36,637 bases of DNA from a virus, in the IMG/VR virus record IMGVR_UViG_3300045988_143860, positions 1 to 36,637 of that record, one strand, 5' to 3'. Positions 31,689 to 36,637 of this stretch are shown here, piece after piece. Positions within the stretch are counted from its first letter, which is position 1. Each line of letters opens with the position of its first letter. The position numbers and the translations under genes are program-made. The notes beneath the pieces are model-generated. The model ran no database searches, was not told the DNA's origin, and worked only from the letters and a program-made list of their open reading frames with translations.

Positions 31689-31898
31689 TTATGCGTATGG
31701 TGTGATCCATTGGTTGAGTTCCTTGCCTCTAATGCGGATACGTTTCCCGGCTTTCACTGCTGGAAGGCTTTTTTCGTCAATCGCTGTTTGGACTGTCCAG
31801 CGGCCTAGACCCAGCCGCTTGCATACGGCGGTGATGCTGTAGTAGTCGTTTGGGTTGAACGCTTCACGCGGATCAGCTGGAAGTTCTTGGCTTGTCAT
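31689..31898 (-). CDS. Excisionase-family HTH protein (Xis candidate)
   Basis: Likely start ATG 31896-31898 after GGAGGAG. YYSITAVCKRLGLGRWTVQTAIDEKSLPAVKAGKRIRIRGKELNQW resembles excisionase/MerR-type winged HTH. Confidence 0.55.
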   Translation of the reverse strand: MTSQELPADPREAFNPNDYYSITAVCKRLGLGRWTVQTAIDEKSLPAVKAGKRIRIRGKELNQWITPYA

Positions 31899-31922
31899 CA
31901 CGCTTCTCCTCCTCTCGATACG

Positions 31923-32537
31923 ATGAAGAAACAAAGAATGGGGGCGCACATGGATATTCCCGCCTGGATATCAGCCATCGCTGCACTCGTTTCATTGATC
32001 GGCGCAGCCTTCTCCTTCTGGTGGAAGAACCTGTCAAAAGAAGCAACGAACGAAGCGCAAGTCGCACGTGATAGAGCAGAAAGACAAGCAACTGCGGCAG
32101 AACGAGAAGCCCAGTCGGCGCGCGACCAAGCCCGCGAAGCGTACCGGCTCAGGATCGTTGCCGAGGAGCAACTCAAAGAAGCACGCAGGCAAGCAGACTC
32201 AGCCGAAGCGCTCGTTAAAGAACTACGAGGGCAACGCGAAGCGGAACGCAACGCCACACCGTGGGCGATTCGCTGGGTGCACGGGGTCGTCTTCACGCTC
32301 GTTAACAACTCAGACGAACAACAGCGAGACGTGAACATCCGCCTGACTCTCGATGATGAGTTCATACAGGACAGGCTCATCGAAGCAGACGACTTCCCCT
32401 GCACGATCGACGCGCAAACAAACCGTGAATTCTGGTACCTTGGCCGACCTGGCCTCCACCCTATCGTGCACATCAGTTGGACCCGCCCAGACGGTCAAAC
32501 GGGTCACTGGGAAATACCTCTTCCCCCTGCGAGGTAG
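31923..32537 (+). CDS. Membrane-anchored coiled-coil protein encoded antisense to the early operon
   Basis: TM helix IPAWISAIAALVSLIGAAFSFWW, about 90-aa Arg/Glu/Ala coiled-coil, about 90-aa C-terminal domain. Start ambiguous (ATG 31923, 31938 or 31950). 3' end overlaps a convergent ORF by 65 nt. Confidence 0.5.
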   Translation: MKKQRMGAHMDIPAWISAIAALVSLIGAAFSFWWKNLSKEATNEAQVARDRAERQATAAEREAQSARDQAREAYRLRIVAEEQLKEARRQADSAEALVKELRGQREAERNATPWAIRWVHGVVFTLVNNSDEQQRDVNIRLTLDDEFIQDRLIEADDFPCTIDAQTNREFWYLGRPGLHPIVHISWTRPDGQTGHWEIPLPPAR

Positions 32538-32862
32538 AAAACGAGCGCACGCGCTCAACCGAAGCCTGACTCTCAGCTTCGCCAGCTGAAATATGCGACG
32601 GGAAATGCGAGAACGCTTCTGTTTGAGCCTGCGGGTCGAGGCGAGTAATCCAGTCATACATGCCCGTATGCTGTGCTCGATCAACAGCGAGCAACCAGAA
32701 GAACATCACCGCAACACTAATGAAAGAGCACGCTGTTATCGGCCCCGGATTCGCGCCCGCACATACAGCCGTCACCATCGATGTGACTGCCAACAACAGG
32801 TGAATCCTCGGAGTGCGAGTAATGATCATATTGTCTAGAACCCACTTGGTAAACGCTTTCAT
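32473..32862 (-). CDS. Membrane protein (two TM)
   Basis: Likely start ATG 32860-32862 after AAGGAG (ATGA overlap with upstream gene). MKAFTKWVLDNMIITRTPRIHLLLAVTSMVTAVCAG... Confidence 0.5.
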   Translation of the reverse strand: MKAFTKWVLDNMIITRTPRIHLLLAVTSMVTAVCAGANPGPITACSFISVAVMFFWLLAVDRAQHTGMYDWITRLDPQAQTEAFSHFPSHISAGEAESQASVERVRSFSTSQGEEVFPSDPFDRLGGSN

Positions 32863-33053
32863 CACGCTTCTTCTCCTTTCCGTTGCGTGGCGTGGGCTAG
32901 TACCTCGACGTCCTGACAAATAAGCGTCAGGGACACTTCCCACACGTCTTGATCAACGTGCTCGACTGTCACAGGACAGGCAGCAACCGGATACTCGTTA
33001 CCGTCCTTGTCGAATAGGACAGTCGTTTCGTTGTTCGTAATGCGCAAACTCAT
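32862..33053 (-). CDS. Hypothetical small early protein (63 aa)
   Basis: ATG 33051-33053 overlaps the cro-like stop (ATGA). MSLRITNNETTVLFDKDGNEYPVAACPVTVEHV... Confidence 0.5.
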   Translation of the reverse strand: MSLRITNNETTVLFDKDGNEYPVAACPVTVEHVDQDVWEVSLTLICQDVEVLAHATQRKGEEA

Positions 33054-33283
33054 TCCGCACTCTCCTTCCGTTGTGTGGAATGGGTGTCGGCGTCGGCGAC
33101 GAGCGCCGATGGTGTGGTGTCGAGTGCGAACGCGAAGGCCCGAATGTCGTCCCATGTGATTGGGGATATGCCTTTGGTCTTGCGGGCGACAGTCTTGGGA
33201 GTCATTCCGAGCGCTTTGGCGAGCGCATCGATGGTCATGCCCTTCCGGCCTTGCGCCGCCCTGATCTCAGCTGCGATGTCCAT
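33050..33283 (-). CDS. Cro-like XRE-family HTH regulator (first gene of the lytic operon)
   Basis: 77 aa. HTH MTIDALAKALGMTPKTVARKTKG. RBS AAAGGAGGA. Divergent from the cI-like gene. Confidence 0.75.
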   Translation of the reverse strand: MDIAAEIRAAQGRKGMTIDALAKALGMTPKTVARKTKGISPITWDDIRAFAFALDTTPSALVADADTHSTQRKESAE

Positions 33284-33333
33284 GCTTCCTCCTTTCAGGC
33301 ATTTTCTACCCCAATTGGAGTAGCTAATAACAG

Positions 33334-33364
33334 AATATAACCCTAATTAGGGTAGGTATGTCAA
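33334..33364 (-). promoter_or_regulatory. Early lytic promoter (PR-like)
   Basis: On the - strand: TTGACA (rc 33359-33364), 19 nt, TATATT (rc 33334-33339). The palindrome CCCTAATTAGGG fills the spacer. Confidence 0.5.
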
Positions 33365-33396
33365 TTTTAGGGTCGTGCGTGTCTCAATTAGGGTAG
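33341..33396. promoter_or_regulatory. Operator repeats of the genetic switch
   Basis: CCCTAATTAGGGTA (33341-33354, perfect 12-bp palindrome), CAATTTTAGGGTC (33362-33374), TCAATTAGGGTAG (33384-33396). A further CCAATTGG at 33311-33318. Confidence 0.6.
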
Positions 33397-33406
33397 TCTG
33401 CGGAGT

Positions 33407-33820
33407 ATGGGCAGGAAGTCGCTTACCGTCGGAGACTTTTCGCGCGCTGTCGCTCGCGCACTGTCGGAGCAAGCAGAGTACATTGGGAAGAGTCAGGCCG
33501 CTATCGCGAGAGAAACGGGAATCTCTCAGAATCGCGTTAACCTCATCATGAGGGCGGAGCGGGCGATCACCGTGGAAGAGACGCGAATTATCTGCGAAGC
33601 GCTAGGCATTTCCGTCCTGAGCGTCCTCCGCGACGCCGAAGCAATGTGGACACGTGATCAGCGCGCCGATAACGTTGTCGACTTCCCGCACACGCAGGAA
33701 GAGAACCTACCCGACTTCACCAAACTCGCCGCACGCAAAGTCACCAACCGCCCAGAATGGGAAAAACGACAAGCCCTCGATGACATTGGCGAAGAAAACC
33801 AAGACCCAGTAGATTCTTAA
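33407..33820 (+). CDS. cI-like XRE-family repressor
   Basis: 137 aa. HTH SQAAIARETGISQNRVNLIMRAERAITVEETRIICEALG. Divergent from the cro-like gene. TAGTCT lies 7 nt upstream of the ATG and there is no usable SD. Confidence 0.8.
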   Translation: MGRKSLTVGDFSRAVARALSEQAEYIGKSQAAIARETGISQNRVNLIMRAERAITVEETRIICEALGISVLSVLRDAEAMWTRDQRADNVVDFPHTQEENLPDFTKLAARKVTNRPEWEKRQALDDIGEENQDPVDS

Positions 33821-33844
33821 GAAGAACAACAGATAGGTTTAACA

Positions 33845-34945
33845 ATGGAGTTCACCGACGCGCTCGCCGCTCTTGCCGAAAAAGTTCGCACTCAGTACGA
33901 ACTGATTGAAACGGAAGAAGCGACAAAGAATGCTTTTATCATGCCGTTCATCTCGACAGTCCTCGGCTACGACGTATTCAACCCGCAAGAAGTCATCCCA
34001 GAATTCACTGCCGACATCGGCGTTAAACGTGGCGAAAAAGTCGACTATGCAATCTGCAACGGTGAGAAAGTCCAGATACTCATTGAATGCAAGAAGATCA
34101 ACGGTCAGTTAAGCCTTGAACATGCGGGTCAGCTCTTCCGATACTTCTCTGTCACCGAAGCAAGAATCGCGATCCTGACAAACGGAAAAGTCTGGAACTT
34201 CTACACTGACCTTGACGCCCCTAACAAGATGGACGATAAGCCTTTCCTTGTTCTCGACCTTGGAGACGTCGATGAAGTCCTACTGCCGGAACTGAAGAAA
34301 CTCACGAAAGATAGCTTTGACCTCGAAAGCATTGTATCTGCCGCAGAAGAGCTTAAGTATCTTGGTGCGATCCGTCGCGCTATCGCTGCTGAATTCAAAG
34401 AGCCGAGCCTCGATTTCGTGAGACTCTTGACCTCACGCGTTTATGATGGTCGATTCACGCCTGCGATCCAGGATAAGTTCCGCCCGCTGGTCGAAAAGGC
34501 TCTCCGTCAATTCCTCAATGAGCGAGTGAATGATCGGATCAAGACTGCCCTCGATGCTGGGGATGGGGCGCCGGTTCCGCTAACGGTTGCTGTTCAAGTG
34601 CCAGTCATGGAAGTCGAAGAAGAGCCAGAGACTGAAGAAGCATCAAGTGACGGTATTGAGACCACAGAAGAAGAACTTTTCGCGTACCGGATTATCAAGG
34701 CGATCGCGTGCGCTGAAGTTGCGCAAGACCGCATTGCGTACCGCGATGTTAAGAGCTACTTCTCGGTGCTCCTTGATGATAATAACCGTAAGCCGATTGC
34801 GCGTTGCTACTTCAACTCGAAGACGCGAAAGTGGATCTCATTCATTGATGAAGACCGGAGCGAAACGCGCTACGAGCTTGAAACCATCGAAGATATCTAC
34901 CTACACGCCGAAGCGATTCGTGAGGCTGTCAGGATGTACCGATAG
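33845..34945 (+). CDS. HsdR_N-type PD-(D/E)xK nuclease-like protein (366 aa), function unknown
   Basis: TEEATKNAFIMPFISTVLGYD...GEKVDYAI...VQILIECKK...ILTNGKVWNFY matches the type I restriction HsdR N-terminal / PD-(D/E)xK pattern. Helical middle, acidic linker, C-terminal ~90-aa domain (RDVKSYFSVLLDDNNRKPIARCYF). Confidence 0.8.
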   Translation: MEFTDALAALAEKVRTQYELIETEEATKNAFIMPFISTVLGYDVFNPQEVIPEFTADIGVKRGEKVDYAICNGEKVQILIECKKINGQLSLEHAGQLFRYFSVTEARIAILTNGKVWNFYTDLDAPNKMDDKPFLVLDLGDVDEVLLPELKKLTKDSFDLESIVSAAEELKYLGAIRRAIAAEFKEPSLDFVRLLTSRVYDGRFTPAIQDKFRPLVEKALRQFLNERVNDRIKTALDAGDGAPVPLTVAVQVPVMEVEEEPETEEASSDGIETTEEELFAYRIIKAIACAEVAQDRIAYRDVKSYFSVLLDDNNRKPIARCYFNSKTRKWISFIDEDRSETRYELETIEDIYLHAEAIREAVRMYR

Positions 34946-34963
34946 TCGTTAGAAGCAGCCTTG

Positions 34964-35071
34964 AAGCTACTCGCTGCGCGTAAAGTCACCAACCGTCCAG
35001 AATGGGAAGCAATTCAAGCGCCTAATGACATCGGCGAAGAAAACCAAGACCCCGGGGACTACGAAAACTAG
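34964..35071 (+). pseudogene. Remnant 3' end of a second, related repressor gene
   Basis: 34970-35052 aligns without gaps to 33725-33807 (69/83 identical). Reads ..LAARKVTNRPEWEAIQAPNDIGEENQDPGDYEN*. The first 13 codons differ from the intact repressor only at synonymous third positions. Confidence 0.6.
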
Positions 35072-35114
35072 CAGTGCAAAAAGGTTTACCCATGGTCTCC
35101 CATACGCTTTACCT

Positions 35115-35513
35115 ATGTGGCACCCGTGGAAAGCCTTGCGTGAAGCAAGCGAGATAGATCTGATCTGGACGGAGAACCTCCCAGACGGCATACTGGGTGC
35201 GACCAACGGAAAACAAATCTGGCTATCACTGAAGCAACTGCAGGTCGAACGCCGATGCACGCTCACACACGAACTAGTACACATCGAACGTGGACACAAA
35301 GGGTGCCAACCGGCGGCAGTCGAAAAACAAGTATGCGCTGAAGCAGCAAGGCGTCTCATCACCATTGACCAGTTGCGCGCGTGGCTCCCATGGGCGCTCA
35401 GCATGGAAGAGCTTGCCGATTGCCTTTGGGTGGATGAGGCTACGCTAAAAACCCGAATGGAAAACCTTACCGCCGAAGAATTGCAGGAACTCTCCATCGT
35501 TCTCAGCGACTAA
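35115..35513 (+). CDS. ImmA/IrrE-family (M78, COG2856-type) zinc metallopeptidase
   Basis: RRCTLTHELVHIERGH (HExxH) with ImmA-like context (ILGATNGKQIWLS; EKQVCAEAARRLI). Track ORF starts at 35025, but those 30 residues are Lys/Thr-rich and overlap the remnant. ATG 35115 has TACGCT 6 nt upstream. Confidence 0.8.
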   Translation: MWHPWKALREASEIDLIWTENLPDGILGATNGKQIWLSLKQLQVERRCTLTHELVHIERGHKGCQPAAVEKQVCAEAARRLITIDQLRAWLPWALSMEELADCLWVDEATLKTRMENLTAEELQELSIVLSD

Positions 35514-35647
35514 CCGCCGAGCTGTAGCGTCGCCCGCAGCCTCATCTCCGCACACGCCTACCGTTACGAGTCGCCACTAAACATTCCGCTCCAGATATCA
35601 TGGGAGCCAAGACGACGAACTCTCCCAACAAGACCCATAAAATTTGA

Positions 35648-36307
35648 ATGTACGCATTTATAGATGACTCCGGCGATGCCGGAATGAAATTCAAGCGAGG
35701 CTCCTCAACACATCTCGTGTTGTCGATGTGCCTATTCCAATCCGAGCAAGCGTGGAAATCAACAGAAACCGCGCTAGCTGACTTGCCTGACTACATGAAA
35801 ACAGTAGGAGAATTTAAACACTCCAAAATGAAAGACCGGCACAAAGAAGCATTTTTCAAACAAATCGAAAACGAAGACTTCTATGTCCGCGCAATAATCG
35901 TCGACAAAACAAAGCTAACAAGCCAATTCCTAGCCAGCCACGCCAACGAGATGAAAACTTACTTTCTGATGCAGCTATTAACCCACACGTGGGGGCAGGT
36001 GCAAGACTGCAAAATCGTCATCGACGGGGCGGACTTACAAGCCTTTGGAATGAAAAGCACTGACTACCTGTTCGAAAAAGCCAACGAAAATAGGAAGATT
36101 AGAGTCGCTTCGGAAGTAATCTGCGCAGACTCCAAAGATTCGTTGGGGTTACAGTTAGCCGACATGGTGGCCGGAACTATAATGGCAGGACTTAAAAAAG
36201 GTCAACCCATGATGGATACTGACAGGTGGCTACAGGTGCGCCAGCGAGCCTACCAGCCTGAAGGCAACTGGTGGTTGTTTAGGAGCCGATCAGGGCAAAG
36301 TAAATGA
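35648..36307 (+). CDS. DUF3800-family protein
   Basis: N-terminal MYAFIDDSGD and C-terminal DSKDSLGLQLADMVAG are the DUF3800 hallmarks. Sampled lines are 37-48% GC. Last gene before attR. Confidence 0.8.
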   Translation: MYAFIDDSGDAGMKFKRGSSTHLVLSMCLFQSEQAWKSTETALADLPDYMKTVGEFKHSKMKDRHKEAFFKQIENEDFYVRAIIVDKTKLTSQFLASHANEMKTYFLMQLLTHTWGQVQDCKIVIDGADLQAFGMKSTDYLFEKANENRKIRVASEVICADSKDSLGLQLADMVAGTIMAGLKKGQPMMDTDRWLQVRQRAYQPEGNWWLFRSRSGQSK

Positions 36308-36511
36308 GCCTATCCATGTGCTTGTCATGGCACGCCACCATACGGAGACTATTCGGCTCAATACTCATTTTAGCGTTGCTAGCACGTTTTGTAAATAGAT
36401 GACTTTTCTTGTCCTACCCCTAGTGTAGGAATAAGGACTGTGGATGATAGGCGTATTGAATGGCTCGAAAGCGTCGCCCGTGTGGCAGGCGTGGGAGCGG
36501 TTGGCGGGCTA

Positions 36512-36519
36512 GTTGCACG
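36512..36519. promoter_or_regulatory. GTTGCACG copy on the attR-side arm
   Basis: Same 8-mer as the three phased copies next to attL. 64 bp left of the attR core. Confidence 0.35.
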
Positions 36520-36582
36520 CTGATTGCATGCGCCACCGCTTCCGTGGCTGTTTGTGCTGGTCAGGGTGGTGTCAGGACTGAC

Positions 36583-36637
36583 TCCCCCCATCTCCACATT
36601 TACCCCGCTGCCTCGTTGAGGTGGCGGGGTTTTTCGT
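36583..36637. repeat. attR: right copy of 55-bp direct repeat (truncated by window end)
   Basis: Identical to nt 1-55. Includes the hairpin+T5 terminator (36603-36634), which here would terminate the + strand cargo operon. Confidence 0.9.

Larger units (their letters stand above)
1..36637. mobile_element. Complete integrated temperate siphovirus-like prophage (attL-int-lysis-tail-head-packaging-early/replication-switch-cargo-attR)
   Basis: Identical 55-bp direct repeats at both edges. Tyrosine integrase beside the left repeat. Contiguous - strand lysis, tail, head, packaging and early modules in canonical order. Divergent cro-like/cI-like pair near the right end. WhiB-like gene and high GC in structural genes suggest an actinobacterial host. 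Confidence 0.92.

Noticed and set aside
34943-35071. TAG read-through extending the 366-aa protein into the in-frame repressor remnant
   Set aside because: In-frame placement has a 1-in-3 chance. There is no read-through context or suppressor evidence. The remnant is better explained as a recombination scar.
36379-36597. 72-aa - strand ORF in the attR arm
   Set aside because: It starts inside the att core, so it would be split on excision. No RBS, Ser/Thr/Ala/Pro-rich, and lies in the region holding arm-type repeats.
1-36637. Internal tRNA genes, CRISPR arrays, retron/DGR-type elements and IS elements
   Set aside because: I saw no cloverleaf-like segment, no repeat-spacer array, no reverse transcriptase, and no transposase or terminal inverted repeats while reading both strands. 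A by-eye scan cannot fully exclude small RNAs.

Overview
The window is one complete ~36.6-kb integrated temperate siphovirus-type prophage from a high-GC, actinobacterial-looking host. It is delimited exactly by a perfect 55-bp direct repeat (1-55 = 36583-36637). The repeat core resembles the 3' end of a tRNA/tmRNA gene plus its terminator. Layout, left to right: attL and a tyrosine integrase (+), then the whole lytic programme on the - strand, read right to left. That programme starts at a cro-like switch gene (33283). Early genes follow: excisionase-like HTH, orphan C5 DNA methyltransferase, PD-(D/E)xK exonuclease, Erf annealase, DUF4406-like, WhiB-like, RusA, a replication initiator with internal iterons, and SSB. 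Next come HNH, an AEP-like protein, small and large terminase, portal, a MuF-like head protein, scaffold, HK97-type capsid and connectors. The tail and lysis genes close the strand: major tail, G/GT chaperones with a -1 slippery site, tape measure, distal tail and fibre proteins, CHAP endolysin and holin. On the + strand at the right end sits a cI-like repressor followed by a three-gene, lower-GC cargo block that ends at attR: an HsdR_N / PD-(D/E)xK-like protein, an ImmA/IrrE-type metallopeptidase and a DUF3800 protein. In the excised circle these genes, attP and int form one co-oriented lysogeny module. Most notable observations: (i) the cargo block is a candidate lysogen-expressed defence or abortive module, and an 83-bp recombination scar shows the nuclease-like gene now separates a repressor from a protease partner; (ii) the MuF-like head protein carries a C-terminal EndoU-like toxin domain and is followed by a small acidic putative immunity gene; (iii) there are two different HicA/HicB-like pairs, each with its own promoter and operators; (iv) the orphan Dcm methylase is flanked by paralogous mini membrane proteins; (v) iteron-like repeats, a candidate ori, lie inside the replication gene; (vi) a TANNNT-N5-7-ATG leaderless-promoter signature recurs at the predicted lysogen-expressed genes. 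All domain calls come from motif recognition by eye. No database search or computation beyond hand counting was possible.
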